Below, piece after piece: positions 24,985 to 38,128 of a stretch of DNA of 64,000 nucleotides. The notes beneath the pieces are model-generated. The model worked only from the letters and a program-made list of their open reading frames with translations, did not search any database and was not told the origin of the DNA. Source of the stretch: Mustelus asterias (Eukaryota); contig NW_027590138.1 of the NCBI RefSeq assembly GCF_964213995.1, positions 930,001 through 994,000 of the forward strand. Direction: 5' to 3'. The translations under genes and the position numbers were made by a program. Positions within the stretch are counted from its first letter, which is position 1, and every line of letters starts with the position of its first letter.

Positions 24985-25337
24985 GGTGATGACTGTTGGT
25001 ATTATTGCTGAACTATTAATCCAGAAACTCAGCTAATGATTTGGGGACCAGGCTTCGAATCCTGCCACATCGGTTGGTGGAATTTGAATTCAATGAAAAA
25101 AATCTGGAATTAAGAATTTATTGATGACCATAAAACCATTGTTGATTATCGTAAAAAAAAACCATCAGGTTCACTCATGCCCTTTAGGGAAGGAAATCTG
25201 CTCTCCTTACCCGGTCTGGCCTACATGTGACTCCCTCTGAAATGGCCTCGCAAGTCACTCAGTTCAAGGGCAACAAGGACTGGGCCATAAATGCTGGCCA
25301 TCCAGCAATGCCCATTTCCCACGAATGAATAAAAAAG
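24985..25337 (+). mobile_element. tRNA-derived SINE family B
   Basis: ttcgaatcc B-box, gggaaggaaatctgc core, ataaatgctggcc...gaatgaataaaaaa tail. Confidence 0.75.
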
Positions 25338-25454
25338 AATTTCAAGTTGAGGACTCCCAGGATGACTCACTTGCACTGTACACCTCTGTGCTGCTCCCTC
25401 TACTCAGGTTTGAACTGCTGGTAGGACAGAACATTTTGGCAGGAAGAATAAAAG

Positions 25455-26565
25455 GGAAGCAGATTATCTAAATGGTGAGAGATTGTAGAGCTCTGAGACG
25501 CAGAGGGATCTGGGTGTTCTAGAGATTGAATAAACTGGGATTGTTCTCCCTGGAAAGACGGAGGCTGAGGTGCGACCTGATAGACGTTTATAAAATTATG
25601 AGGGGTGTGGATAGGGTGAACAGTTGGGAGATTTTTGCCAGGGCAGAAATGACAATTACAAGGGGCACAAGCTCAAGATAAGGGGGAAAGGTTCAGTGCA
25701 GATGTTGGGGGAAGTCTTTTTACACAGAGGGTGATGGGGGCCTGGAATGCGCTGCCAAGTGAGGTGGTTGAGGCAGACACGTTAGTGACATTTAAGACTT
25801 ATCTGGATAGACACATGAACAGACGGGAATAGAGGGATATAAGCGGTTGGTCTCGATAGGACAATGTGATCAGCGTTGGCCGAAGGGCCTGTTCCTGTGC
25901 TGTTCTTTGTTTTTTGCATGAATCACAAACAGCTAGTAAGCAGGTAAAGCAAGTAATTAGGAAAGCTAGCATTTGAGGGGGTAATTGATGACATAAATAT
26001 GGAGGTTATGCTTCAGTTATCCAGAGCACCAGTGAGACCACATCTGGAGTACAGTGTACAGTATTGGTCATCTTGTTTAAGCAAGGATGTAAATGCATTG
26101 GAAGCAGTCGATTGACCAGACTAATGTCAGAAATGTGTGGATTATGGGTAAAGCTTGGACAGGCTAGGTTTGTGTCTGCTGGAGTTTAAAGATAAATTTG
26201 ATCAAAACATAGAAGATCCTGAAGAGTCTTGACAGGTTGATGTGGAGAGGATGTTTCCTCTTGTGTGAGAATCTAGAGCTAGGGGTCCCTGTTTAAAAAT
26301 AAGGGTTCGCACATTTAAAACGGAGATGAGGTGAAATATTTTCTTTCAGAGGGTCGTGAACCTCTTCTGAAAAGACGGTGGAAGCAGAGTCTTTGAATAT
26401 TTTTACGACAGATGTCGATAGATTCTTGGCAAGCAAGTGGGTGATAGATTATTGGGGGTAGGCAGGATGCAGATTTAAGGTTACTATCAGATCAGCCCTG
26501 ATCTGATTAAATGGTGGAGCAGAATCGAGGGACCAAATCGCCGAATCCTGCTCCTTGTTCCTGTG
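25455..26565 (+). mobile_element. Old CR1 fragment with a younger CR1 3' end nested at ~25525-25915
   Basis: RPHLEY-like and LGLFSLE-like segments; two CR1 tails. Confidence 0.7.
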
Positions 26566-26917
26566 AGACATTGGCAGTAAGATATGATTCAAAGTATGAC
26601 TGTGTCAGCCTGTTGCTTGACTGGACTGTTCGACTGTAGGAATGGTCATATTTAATAGTTTGTAGCTTAGTTATGTGTAATAATCAAGTAATTGAAGCTT
26701 ATTAATCAATTAATCTGCTGTGATATTCTGCTTAATTGTAATATATTCGTTTCATGTAACTGGCTTTGTCTGTAACTGCGTTCTTATTTGACAAGTGAAA
26801 TACATCACATGACCCGAGGCCGGTGTAAACCTACACTTTTATACTTTAATTACAGAGTGCTGTGGATCCCATCAACTCTGGATGAGCTAAGGTCTGGAAC
26901 TGTTAACCCCTGTGTCT

Positions 26918-27217
26918 CACAGCTTGCCTCCTGGACTTGCAGAATCTCACTGGCTGTCCTGTCTGGAGACAATACACATCTCTTTAACCTGTGCTTAATG
27001 CTCCCTCCACTCACATTGTCTGTATCTTTAAGACCTGGTTGGCTGTAGAGATTCGCAATCTAATCAGTATTCTGAAACTTGATTTTGTGTCTCTGTGCCC
27101 TGTTTGAGAGCACATTTCCACTCCATCTGATGAAGGAGTAGTACTCTGAAAGCTAATGGCATTTGCTACCAAATAAACCTGTTGGACCTTAACCTGGTGT
27201 TGTTAAAACTCTTACTG
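26918..27217 (+). mobile_element. Penelope family A pLTR with hammerhead motif at 27123-27159
   Basis: CCAT-CTGATGA-A-GGAGT-agt-ACTCT-GAAA-gc-TA-ATGG. Confidence 0.8.
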
Positions 27218-29019
27218 CAGTCACTACAAAAACCAGCAAGTAGTTTCTTTAATCAAAATATACTGATAGTCACCTGCCCCAATGAGAACTATAAAAGTTC
27301 GACACATCAATGAGACATTTGAGACAATAAACCCAAATGTTAACCATTGGGATTTGACACCATAAACTTGCTTATTTCAAATAAGTGGACAAAGAAGATA
27401 TCTTTAGGTCTCCATTATCTCAATATACAGCCATAAAATTTAATGAAATCACAGAAAAGGCATGTGGGGCAAACTCCGGAAGTAACTGACACATTAGAGC
27501 GCCAGTCAGGAAATAGCAGGAAATGGTCAGTAAACCAATCAGAAACTGATTACACACCACCTAAATAAATCAGGGACTGATCATGGTGAACCAGAGTTCA
27601 GGAACACCATTGATCGTGCACAGGGGCTGTGTTTAGAAAGGGTTAATAAGCATCAGCTTTCAGCTGCCCAGTTCACAGCTCAGAGAAGCTGAGCAGGAAG
27701 AAGGTAGACAACAGTCAACAGAACAAGAAACAGTGCCGCAGTCGGCTGGAAGTTGTGAGCCAGCGTTACAAAGTGAACTGACTGCTTCCACTGCCTTGGT
27801 TAAGTTTTGCATTTTGTACTTATGTGATTAACTTAGTAAATTCTGTAAAGCTTGGAACAATATTTGTACTAAGTGTGGTCTTGTAGCTCGTTAAAAATGA
27901 AAGTCCCTTTTAAATCAGATCTCCCAACTGAGTCCAACAATTGTAATTGACGTTAAGTCTTATATTTATGTTTAGGTGAACCCAGGTCTTACAGAAAATC
28001 TCTGCTAAATTTGGCACAAGCCCCCAGCTGTGAGCCAGGAAATCTTTGCAGGATTGTCTTGGGAACAGTGTGCTGTTGTCATTTCTGGAACCTAGGTCAA
28101 TGTGGGGTGATCTGTGTAGTTTTATCATTGACTTTTCTGTAGCAATTTGACACAACTGAATGGCTTGCTCAGGATAGAGAGCTCTGAATCTATGATATTA
28201 TCTCTGTTCTCCAGAACAAGTAACTATATTCTGTCTGAAACGACAAGATTCAATATTTAGAGTCAACAATATAAACAAGGAAACACATCAGGGCCCAATA
28301 CTCCAGCTGGATATTGACAGGATAAAGTCTGTTATCTAACATCCCGAGAGGACAGAACAGAGAAAGATCCCAAATGTAAGAAATCCTCCAATTATTTGTG
28401 AATATCTTTCAAATGCTGACAGGTTCCAACTCCCAGTTTCCATGACATTGAAATCAATGAAAGATGGAATATAGACAGTTGGACTGAAAGCAGTGCGGGG
28501 CCCACTTGTACTGAGACACCAAGTCCAAGGACCATTTACACGGAAACACAAAATCCAGGGACCACTTACACCGAGACACCAAATCCAGGGGAGCAATTGC
28601 ACTTCGAAGTTGATTTATCGGGTCGAGGTTGTTTGCAATAAATCCCCAATTTTCAATTAAGATTTATCTATCTGGCCAGAATGAATATTTTAATTGGTAA
28701 ATTCAGAAGATTTATTTACCATTAAAAGGTTAAAAAGTTAGAAAGATAAAAAACAAAGTTCGAATTAACAGTAATTGGCAGAAAGGAGAAGGCTTATCTT
28801 TAACAATGAAGCAGACTTCTCAAAACTTTCCTCGGTTGATCAGGCCAAAGATGTGAAATGATAATCAGACAAGGTGGATAATATGTTAACAGAGTGGCCA
28901 CTCAAAACCTTTATTTTTACCCCCTCAACTCTCATTTGCTCAAATTAGCCTCAGTGTTGATCTATATTTGATTAACTTAACTGTCTGATTGGCCCCTGGC
29001 ACCTCTAGCATCCATTTAT

Positions 29020-29745
29020 ACAATAAATGGCAGAGCCATCAAGAGTATAGAAACACAGAGGGACCTAGGTGTGCAAGTCCACAAATCCTTGAAGGTGGCA
29101 GCACAGGTGGAGAAGGTGGTGAAGAAGGCATATGGTATGCTTGCCTTTATAGGATGGGGTATAGAGTATAAAAGCTGGAGTATGATGTTGCAGCTGTACA
29201 GAACGCGGGTTAGGCCACATTTGGAGTATTGTGTCCAGTTCTGGTCGCCACACTACCAGAAGGACGTGGAGGCTTAGAGAGAGTGCAGAGAAGGTTTACC
29301 AGGATGTTGCCTGGTATGGAGGGTCTTAGCTATGAGGAGAGATTGGGTAAACTGGGCTTGTTCTCCCTGGAAAGATGGAGAATGAGGGGAGACATAATAG
29401 AGGTGTACAAAATTATGAAGGGTATAGATAGGGTGAACAGTGGGAAGCTTTTTCCCAGGTCGGAGGTGACGATCACGAGGGGTCACGGGCTCAAGGTGAG
29501 AGGGGCGAAGTATAACTCAGATATTAGAGGGATGTTTTTTACACAGTGGGTGGTGGGGGCCTGGAATGCGCTGCCAAGTAGGGTGGTGGAGGCAGGCACG
29601 CTGACATCGTTTAAGACTTACCTGGATAGTCACATGAGCAGCCTGGGAATGGAGGGATACAAACGAATGATCTAGTTGGACCAATGCGCGGCACAGGCTT
29701 GGAGGGCTGAAGGGCCTGTTTCCTGTGCTGTACTGTTCTTTGTTA
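29020..29745 (+). mobile_element. CR1 LINE 3' fragment
   Basis: VQVHKSLKVA...RPHLEYCVQFWSP...LGLFSLE; near-identical to 39238-39960 on the opposite strand. Confidence 0.9.
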
Positions 29746-30044
29746 TCTCCTGATGTCTTCGTACAATAAATGAGACAGCTTGAGTAAAGTCCCATTCATT
29801 CCCCAACTGAATGTAACTTGTCAAAGACATAAATGTTTTGTGAGCTCTACCTTATTTTTCTAGATTGGCTGGAAAACATAATTTGACAGTTCTCATGATT
29901 TATGACCAGTGTACTTAAAATCACATTATTTATAATAATAAAGAATTACAGCCTTTGTGTTCCAGGTTATATTACCAGCCTGACAAGTACAACTATTGTT
30001 TAATTGCTTATTCTTCAATTGTCTCAGAATTAAGGCTCTTCACT

Positions 30045-30285
30045 TCACTAATATGAGGATGTTAAACCAAGGGCCCCACCTGCTCTGTCAGGCAGAGATG
30101 AAAGATCACACGGCTTCTATTTGGAAGGAGGGCAGGGAGTTCACCCTGGTGAGACCAATATTACCCCTCTCCCAATCTCACTGCAAACTGATCACTGCTC
30201 ATTGTCACATTGCTGTTTGTGGAGGCTGACTGTGCACAGAGATGTCCTGAGGTTGTGAAAGGTGCTATGTGAATGCAAGTTCTAT
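30045..30285 (+). mobile_element. Deu-domain SINE (SacSINE1/AmnSINE1-like), degenerate
   Basis: gttaaaccaagggcccc...aaagatc...cacattgctgtttgtgg...gtcctgaggttgtgaaaggtgctat...atgcaagt matches my recall of the DeuSINE core and tail. Confidence 0.6.
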
Positions 30286-30401
30286 CAGCTCCAGCCCAGT
30301 TACTGTAGTTAGCAGTAACATCATCAACACTTCCCCAGTGTCGTGATGAACAAGGTTCAGTCCTGAATCTGATGAACAACAGCAGAATCAGAGCAGTGCA
30401 G

Positions 30402-31355
30402 TCAATAGTGAACTCTCTGGTGTTTCACCAAGTTGGATGATCGATTAAATCTCTTCCTACACATGGAGCAAGTGAAGGGTTTCTCCCCAGTGTGAACTCG
30501 CTGGTGTGTCAGCAGCGCAGATGAGTTGGTAAATCTCTTCCCGCACTCGGAGCAGGTGAACGGCCTCTCCCCAGTGTGAATGCGCTGGTGTGTCAGCAGA
30601 TGGGATGATCGTGCGAATCCCTTTCCACACTCAGAACAGGTGAACGGCCTCACCTCAGTGTGAATTTGTTGGTGTGTCAGCAGGTTGGAGGACTGAGCGA
30701 ATCCCTTCCCACACTTGGAGCAGATGAACGGCTTCTCCCCAGTGTGAGTGCGCTGGTGTGCAGTGAGGTGAGATGCTTGCTTGAACCCAGTACTGCAGTG
30801 AGAGCACCTGAATGGTTCCTCCTCAGTGTGAACACGTTGATGGTGCTGCAGATCCCCAGAACCTTTGAAATACTTCTCACACTCTGGACATTTGAAAGGT
30901 CTCTTGTCAGTGTGAACTCGTTGGTGTGTCTGAAGGTGGGGAGATGTCCTGAACCTCTTCCCACACAGTGAGCAGCTGAACGGTGCGTCCCCAGTGTGAA
31001 TGAGCTGGTGCTCCCTCAGTGCGTGTGGGTTTTTAAAGCTCTTCTCACAGTCGGAGCATTTAAACTCTCTCTTGTCTTCGTGAACCTGCCGGTGTTTCAG
31101 CAGGTGGGATGAGAGAGTGAATCCTTTCCCACACACACAACAGGTGAACGGCCTCTCCCCGGTGTGAAGTCGCTGGTGTCTCTGAAGGCAAATTAATTGA
31201 ATGAATCGCTTCCCACAATTGGAGCAGATGAATGGCCTCTCCCCGGTGTGTCTGCGCCGATGAGTTTCCAGCTCAGATGGGGATCTGAATCCCCTCCCAC
31301 ATTCCCCACATTCCCATGGTTTCTCCCTGGCGTGAACGGTTCTTTTTGCTTCCAT
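30402..31355 (-). CDS. C2H2 zinc-finger protein ZNF-D (11 fingers)
   Basis: [11 protein letters not shown] at 31355, acceptor at 31460-31461. Shares the REFKC..LREHQ.IHTG..PFSC finger pair with ZNF-B. Confidence 0.85.
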   Translation of the reverse strand: MEAKRTVHAREKPWECGECGRGFRSPSELETHRRRHTGERPFICSNCGKRFIQLICLQRHQRLHTGERPFTCCVCGKGFTLSSHLLKHRQVHEDKREFKCSDCEKSFKNPHALREHQLIHTGDAPFSCSLCGKRFRTSPHLQTHQRVHTDKRPFKCPECEKYFKGSGDLQHHQRVHTEEEPFRCSHCSTGFKQASHLTAHQRTHTGEKPFICSKCGKGFAQSSNLLTHQQIHTEVRPFTCSECGKGFARSSHLLTHQRIHTGERPFTCSECGKRFTNSSALLTHQRVHTGEKPFTCSMCRKRFNRSSNLVKHQRVHY

Positions 31356-31859
31356 TTTCAAAGGCCGATGATATTCAAGTCCTGATGAATCGAGTGACTC
31401 TGGCAGATTGTGATGTGGTGATTGGTTTGACTTTCCTGCCTGCGAACCTTTCCAATACTCTGTGAAATTGATTCAAAACAGAAAAAAGGGAGTGAGAGAA
31501 CGCACAAAAACACAAAGGCAGGTTGTGAAATAGAGTTGAATGAATCTGGCAATTTGTGGGGCCGGCACGAGGAAAATATGACCATGAAAGCTGCTAAATT
31601 GTTATAAAAAAACCAACTGATTCACTAATATCCTTCAGGGAAGTGAACCTTTCACATAGTCTGGATCTCGAGAGAAGAGAGACAGAGAGCTGGGAGCAGA
31701 ATGAGTGAAGGTGATGGATTGTATGTATCTAAACCTCTGCCAGAACTTTGAGAGAATTTCCCCGATCTCAGCCTCTGGCACCTCAAAGAGTCAGGGTAGC
31801 AAGTGTATGTGAACAGCAGCAACTCCAAGTTCTCATTCAGGTCACACACCACCCTGACT

Positions 31860-32810
31860 TGTCTGACATCCAGCACTGGATTAACAAAGATTTCCTCTAT
31901 TTAAATATTGGGAAGATTAAGACCCGACTACAAACTCTACTCCATACCCACTGACTCCATCCCTCTCCCTGACAACAGTTTGAGGCTGAACCAGACTGTT
32001 TGCAACGATCGAAAATTATTTCACTGAAATAAAAGCAAAAACTGAAATAAAAACAGAAGATGCTGCATAAACTCAGCAGGTCTGGCAGCATCTGTGGAGA
32101 AAGAAACAGAGTTAATGTTCTGAGTCCCTATAACTCTTCTTCAGAGCTGCCAGCTGAGTTTCTGACCATTTATCTCTGCCACCTCCAAGAATGAGTTTCT
32201 ATCTCATAGAAACCCTACAGTGCCGAAGGAGGCCATTCAGCCCATCAAGTCTGCACTGACAACAATCCCACCTCGGCCCATCCCCGTAACCCCACATATT
32301 TACCCCAATAATCCCTCTAACCTACGCACCCCAGGACACTAAAGGGCAATTTAGCATGGAAAATCAACCTAATCCACACCTCTGGACTGTGGGAGGAAAC
32401 CGGAGCACCCGGAGGAAACCCATGCAGACACAGGGAGAATGTGCAAATTTCACACAGACAGTCACCCAAGTCGGGAACTGAACCCAGGTCCCTAGAGATG
32501 TGAGGCAACGGCGCTAACCACTGTGCCACCGTGCCACCCTAAATCTAATTCCCATCACTCGACTTGGTCCAAATACATGTTCCTGAAACTCTCGTTCATT
32601 CATTTATAACCTCTAGACTTGATGATTTTTCACATCCTGACCAGCCTCCATTCAAGCTGTGATAAACTAGAGTTCATCCAAATCTCTGCACTGAATCTCA
32701 ATGACTCACTGACTTACACAGGCTCCCGTTTGAGCAGCAACTCAGTTCAAAATTCTCATCTTTCTTTTCAAATCCCTCCATGACATTGCTTTTCCCCATT
32801 TCCAGTCTCA
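31860..32810 (+). mobile_element. Old L2 LINE fragment, interrupted by a Penelope B pLTR (32030-32150, minus) and a V-SINE (32205-32540, minus)
   Basis: LSDIQHWINKDFLYLNIGK resembles the L2 RT C-terminal motif. Confidence 0.55.
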
Positions 32811-32884
32811 CACATGTTTGAATCTTTTTCACAGACATACGTTCATTTAGGTTTTGATGAATACAGTGACTCTGGCAGATTTTG

Positions 32885-33245
32885 TTCTATTGACTCCATC
32901 TACATTTCCCACTGCCTCAGAAAAGCAGCCAGCATAATCAAGGCCCCCACGTATCTGGACATACTCTCTTCCACCTTCTTCTGTCAGGAAAAAGTTACAA
33001 AAAGTCAGATCATGCACCAACTGACTCAAGAACAGCTTTTTCCCTGCTGTCTTCGGATTTTGAATGGGATATTAAGTTGATCTTTCTCTACACCGTTGCT
33101 ACAACTGTAACACTACGTTCTGCACCCTCTCCTTTCCTTCTCCCTATGTACTCTATGAACGGTATGTTTTGCAAATATAGCACAAGAAAAAATAGTTTCC
33201 ACTGTATCCCAGTACATGTGACAATAATAAATCCAATTAAATCAA
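32885..33245 (+). mobile_element. Rex1/Babar-like LINE 3' end
   Basis: SIDSIYISHCLRKAASIIK; tacatgtgacaataataaa tail. Confidence 0.7.
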
Positions 33246-33394
33246 AATCATGCCCTGTTGCGCATTGCCAGTTGCTGTTATCTGTTCCTCAATTTGAGGA
33301 TGATGTCTACTCAGCGTTGAGAGCTTCTGCCACGGGTCTTCATGAGATTGAACTGAAGCGGAGATCTTTGGACATATTGGGCAGGACCTCCAAA

Positions 33395-33668
33395 TAGCAC
33401 GGTAGCACAGTGGTTACCACTGCTGCTTTACAGCGCCAGGGACCCGGGTTCAATTCCCAGCTTGGGTCAATGTCTGTGTGGAGATTGCACATTCTCCCCG
33501 CATCTCCATGGGTTTCCCCTGGGTGCTCCAGTTTCCTCCCACATTCTGAAAGAAGTGCTGGTTAGGGTGCATTGACCTGAACAGGTGTCAGAGTGTGGCG
33601 ACTAGGGGAATTTCACAGTACCTTCATTGCAGTGTTAATCTAAGCCTTGCTTGTGACTAATAGATAAG
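33395..33668 (+). mobile_element. V-SINE variant (Rex1-like tail)
   Basis: gcacggtagcacagtgg head; tttcacagta...ttgtgactaata tail. Confidence 0.8.
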
Positions 33669-33879
33669 CATTAAAATTTAAAATAATTAGTGGGATCTGG
33701 AGAGTAGAATTTGCTTCCTTTCCTTGTTATGTTGCCACTTTGCCTGATCAATTAATCATCTGGCTCTGTGTAAAAACCAGGGTCAGATTACCCGAGGCAG
33801 AGGGTTGATGCAGTTTGATGGACAAGTTGTCTCCATTCTGAACAATGGGGAACAAGCCCCTCCCACTCATTGACACTTT

Positions 33880-34420
33880 TGCCCCCTACAAAGATGGCGG
33901 AACGCATGAGCCCTGCTGCTCATTGCCTCCAATAAAGATGGCAGCCGTTAACCCGAGCCGAACAATGGACTTTACGGCCCCGCTCGGCGCGAAACATAAA
34001 ATCCTTTTTTGGGGATGGGCCTGAACAACATGTTTACAAAAACTCTTCACCCACCCGCCAGATCCACCGTCCCCGCGTCCCGCAATTTTCCTTGTACCGT
34101 TTGTGGATTCGAATAAAAACCGTCTGTCTGTCGCCATTACTGCGCTACTGCGCATGCTTAAGATCCCACCCCCTCATTCACTCCGATTGGTTGGAGGACC
34201 AGCCGCTCCTGCTCGTTCCTCCAGGCCCGCCCCCTTTTCCTATTGGTCCAGAGCTGCCGCCAACCAGTCCCTGGGCATTGTGACGTGGGGCATGCGCAGT
34301 GCGGCTCATGTCCAGGGACTGGCGCTTGTTTGTCTGATCGTCAGGCGGGAAGGAGGCGGAGAAGCGGAGGCAGCGTTAGGGGCAGTGGGTGGGAGGGGAG
34401 GCTCCACACACCCAGTGGAG
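33880..34420. promoter_or_regulatory. Bidirectional CpG-island promoter (type II) between ZNF-D and ZNF-E
   Basis: YY1-type AAGATGGCGG, NRF1-type TGCGCATGC, two ATTGG (CCAAT) boxes, GC boxes, TGACGT; homologous to 63650-64000. Confidence 0.7.
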
Positions 34421-34928
34421 GCTTCAACACCCCCAATCAGGAACTAGCGGCACCGCCTCAACACCCAACACAACGGCAGCTGCAGCGCTTTCTCCCGGGG
34501 CCAGGCCCCAGTGGACAAATGTGGCTTCAGGAAGGAAATGCAGCAATGGGTTTGTTAATGAGAATCATCTTTAACTCACTTTACTGACCCTGGAGCAGGA
34601 GGAGAGAATGGGGGGAATTTCTGTCCTGCACTCACACTGATGGATTTGTTTTTTTGTGGGTTCTCTCTCATTCCCTTTTTCCTGTTTTAAATCAAGTTCA
34701 CAGGTTTTCAAAAAAGGAGGATTTGCAGCTGGGAAACTGAAACCTAATATCACATCAGAATCTGATGGAGCCGGCACCAATTTATCAGAACCTGAATGTC
34801 ATTGTATTTTGAACATGGAAGAAAAATGCACTGTTCACAGTTGAGAGACACTGTACGCACGTTGTGTGTGTGGACAAGACTTCAATCACTCATCGGGCCT
34901 TTTGGACTGTTATTGCAGTCACAAACGG

Positions 34929-35600
34929 ATGATGGCATGGAAATGTGGGGACTGTGGGAAGGGATTTGATTTTCCATCACAGCTGGAAACTCATCGGCGC
35001 AGCCACACTGGGGAGAAGCCATTCACCTGCTCCTGGTGTGGGAAGGGATTCGCTACCTCATCCCAGCTGCTGAAACACCAACGAATTCACACTGGAGAGA
35101 GGCCATTCACCTGCTCTGTGTGTGGGAAGGGATTCAATCAGTCATCCAACCTAGCAATACACCAGCGAATTCACACTGAGGAGAGGCCATTCACCTGCTC
35201 TGTGTGTGGGAAGGGATTCAATCAATCATCCAAACTAGCATTACACCAGCGAATTCACACTGGGGAGAAGCCGTTCACCTGCTCTCAGTGTGGGAAGGGA
35301 TTCACTCACTCAGCCAATCTGCTGAAACACCAACGAGTTCACACTGGGGAGAGGCCATTCACCTGCTCCCAGTGTGGGAAGGGATTTACTCACTCATCTC
35401 ACCTTCGGAAACACCAGCGGATTCACACTGGGGAGAGGCCGTTCACCTGCTCTGTGTGTGGGAAAGGATTCAAGCAGTCATCCACGCTGATACATCACGA
35501 ACGGGTTCATACTGGGGAAAGGCCGTTCACTTGTTCCCAGTGTGGGAAGGGATTCATTACCTCATCCAGGCTGCTGAGACACCAGCGAATTCACAAGTAA
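34929..35600 (+). CDS. C2H2 zinc-finger protein ZNF-E (8 fingers)
   Basis: Acceptor at 34702-34703. Ancestral MEEK ATG (34815) is closed by an in-frame TGA at 34842; next in-frame ATG is at 34929. Confidence 0.7.
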   Translation: MMAWKCGDCGKGFDFPSQLETHRRSHTGEKPFTCSWCGKGFATSSQLLKHQRIHTGERPFTCSVCGKGFNQSSNLAIHQRIHTEERPFTCSVCGKGFNQSSKLALHQRIHTGEKPFTCSQCGKGFTHSANLLKHQRVHTGERPFTCSQCGKGFTHSSHLRKHQRIHTGERPFTCSVCGKGFKQSSTLIHHERVHTGERPFTCSQCGKGFITSSRLLRHQRIHK

Positions 35601-35860
35601 CTATTGTGATTGGATTTTGCTGTCATCCATATTCAGACTGAACCATGTTCATTTGGATCTTTTTCTGCAGAATTGAAAAATAGCTCCAGCTCTGTTAATA
35701 GGTGTTAACATAATTGGTCTTAGAAGAGGTGGATTAGGGGTCAGGAAACTCACACAAAACATCAGATTAGGATTGGATGGAGTCGCACAATTGATCATAA
35801 CCAGAAAAGCAGAGAATTTTGAACATGAAAGGACACCACTGTTCACAATCACAATCGAGA

Positions 35861-36195
35861 GGGGCGGCGATGGCCTCATGGTATTGTCGCTAGACTATTA
35901 ATCCAGAAACTCAGCTAATGTTCTGGGGACCTGGGTTCAAATCCAAGGCAGATGGTGGAATTTGAATTCAATTAGAAAAACCTGGAACTATGAATCTACT
36001 GATGACCTTGAAACCATTGCTGATTGTTGAAAAAGTTGTCGGGGAGATTTCCTTCTGTAATGTCCTGGTCTGGCCTACATGTGACTCCAGGTCCGCAGCA
36101 ATGTGGTTGACTCTCAACTGCCCTCGGGCTACTAGGGATAGGCGATAAATGCTGGCCAGCCAACGACACCCATATCCCATGAATGAATAAAAAAA
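35861..36195 (+). mobile_element. tRNA-derived SINE family B
   Basis: ggggcggcgatggcctc head; gaatgaataaaaaa tail. Confidence 0.75.
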
Positions 36196-36538
36196 GTTAC
36201 ATTGGGGAGAAACCATGGAAATGTGGAGACTGAGTGTAGTGGGGCTAAATTAGGCTAATAGCAAACAATGTTTGAGAACTTTAACACAATACTGACTTAA
36301 GAGTGAATGATCTTAAAGCACTGACGAGAGCTGTCATTATAAAAGACAGCTCTAACTGAATAACAAGTATTCCTCATTTAAAACATGTGTTTTGAATTAT
36401 AAAATGGATGCAGTTTGCTTTTAGAATACGTTTTGTGAAACTTCAGCCAACGGCAAGATACAGCAGAGTTTGATGGGATGAGTTAGACGGAGCCTGCATT
36501 CTGTAGGACAATGGTTTTACTGAGTGCAGCCAGTCAAA

Positions 36539-36785
36539 GTCTCTCTCTCTCTCGCGCACTCACAGTCTCTCTCTCTCTCTCGCGCACTCACAGTCTCTCT
36601 CTCTCTCGTGCACTCACAGTCTCTCAGCCACATCTGTGAGTAAAACACTTTCTTTTCTCCCCCTTTCCATTTCTTTTCTCATTCTGGGGGAAATTGGGGA
36701 CTTGCAGCAACTGAAGGGAAAGGAAGTGAATCCAGGGAGGCTGCAGACTCTGGAAAGGTTGGCCCAGGTCTCTCTCTCTCTCTTA
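36539..36785 (+). promoter_or_regulatory. First-exon donor/intron-start module (type III) of pseudogene P1 with a short tandem repeat
   Basis: (tc)n-gcgcactcacag x3, then catctGTGAGT donor at 36636; module recurs at 48200, 61283 (inverted) and 61935. Confidence 0.6.
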
Positions 36786-37364
36786 AAGACATTGACATCC
36801 TTTGCTCCCTCAGCTTGACACATTTATTTGTCTGGTTAAAAGGATGGTCTGTTTCCTAATGTTCATGATTAAAGGGTTGGTTTCCCCAGGAAATGGCTGA
36901 CATTGAAGGGGACAAAGTAATAAGGTATGACAGGTATGTGTATTTTTGGTGTAAATTTATGATTCTTTGTGGGACACTAATTTTATGTAGCACAGAGTTA
37001 TGTCTAGTTTTGCTTTTAGGTACCTATTAGATATATTATTTATGGTTCTGTGATAAATTTCATTTATTGTGATTTCAAGTTTGTAATATAGCACTGTAGT
37101 GACATACCTTTCCAGTCATTGATCCATTACAGCACAGAATATGTTCATTCGAGTCCGTGCTGACCCTCTGTAGAGCAATCCAGTCAGTCCCATTCTCCCG
37201 CTGTTCCCCTGTATCTCACAAGATTATTTCCTCCAATTGTCCAGCCAGTTCAGTTGAAATCTTGGATCATCTCTAATTCCACCTTCCTCATAAGCAGTGA
37301 GTTTGTGTTTGTGAACACTCCGTACCTTAATAAAGTTATTAATGAAATGGTCGTAAATATTTTT

Positions 37365-37760
37365 TGATTTGATTTTGTTTATTATTGTCACGTATTAGTA
37401 TACAGTGAGAAGTATTGTTTCTTGCGCGCTATACAGACAAAGCATACCATTTATAGAGAAGGAAATGAGAGAGTGTAGTGTTACAGTCGTAGCTAGGGTT
37501 GAGAGAAAGGTCAACTTAATGCAAGGCTGGTCCATTCAAAAGTCTAATGACAGCAGGGAAGAAGCTGTTCTTGAGTCAGTTGGTACGTGACCTCACATTT
37601 TTGTAACTTTTTCCCGACGGAAGTAGGTGGAAGAGAGAATGTCCGGGATGCGTGGGGTCTTTAATTATGGTGGCTGCTTTGCTGAGGCGGCGGGAAGTGT
37701 AGACAGAGTTAATGGATGGGAGACTGGGTTGCGTGATGGATTGGGCTACATTCCCGACCT
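37365..37760 (-). mobile_element. Rex1/Babar-like LINE 3' end
   Basis: AQSITQPSLPSINSVYTSR...HPGHSLFHLLPSGK; reverse-complement tail tttgatttgatt. Confidence 0.75.
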
Positions 37761-38128
37761 CTCTGATCAAGTCCTCTCTGACAATCTCTGATCAAGTAAT
37801 GCAGCAGTGTTGATTAAACACATGTTTTCCTCCAGAATCTGTACCTATGTTTTGCATTTAGTCTAGCCGTCTGCATCAAAGTTTTTAGTTCTCCAGGTCA
37901 GGAAGCAGTGAGCATGGGTCTGTCAGTCAGAATCAATCAGCACCTTCACAAGAATTGGGAGGGTATATATGAGGTACAGCAGTTTAAGAGTAGAGATAAT
38001 GTATGAGATTGAGATTTACAGCTTTTGGTGAACAAGTCCAGAAAGAATGTGCAACTAAAAATGAAATTGTGAATTCTGAATTTTGTTCCCGTACTGACAG
38101 GGATGACTTTTGTAAATTCCTTTTACAG

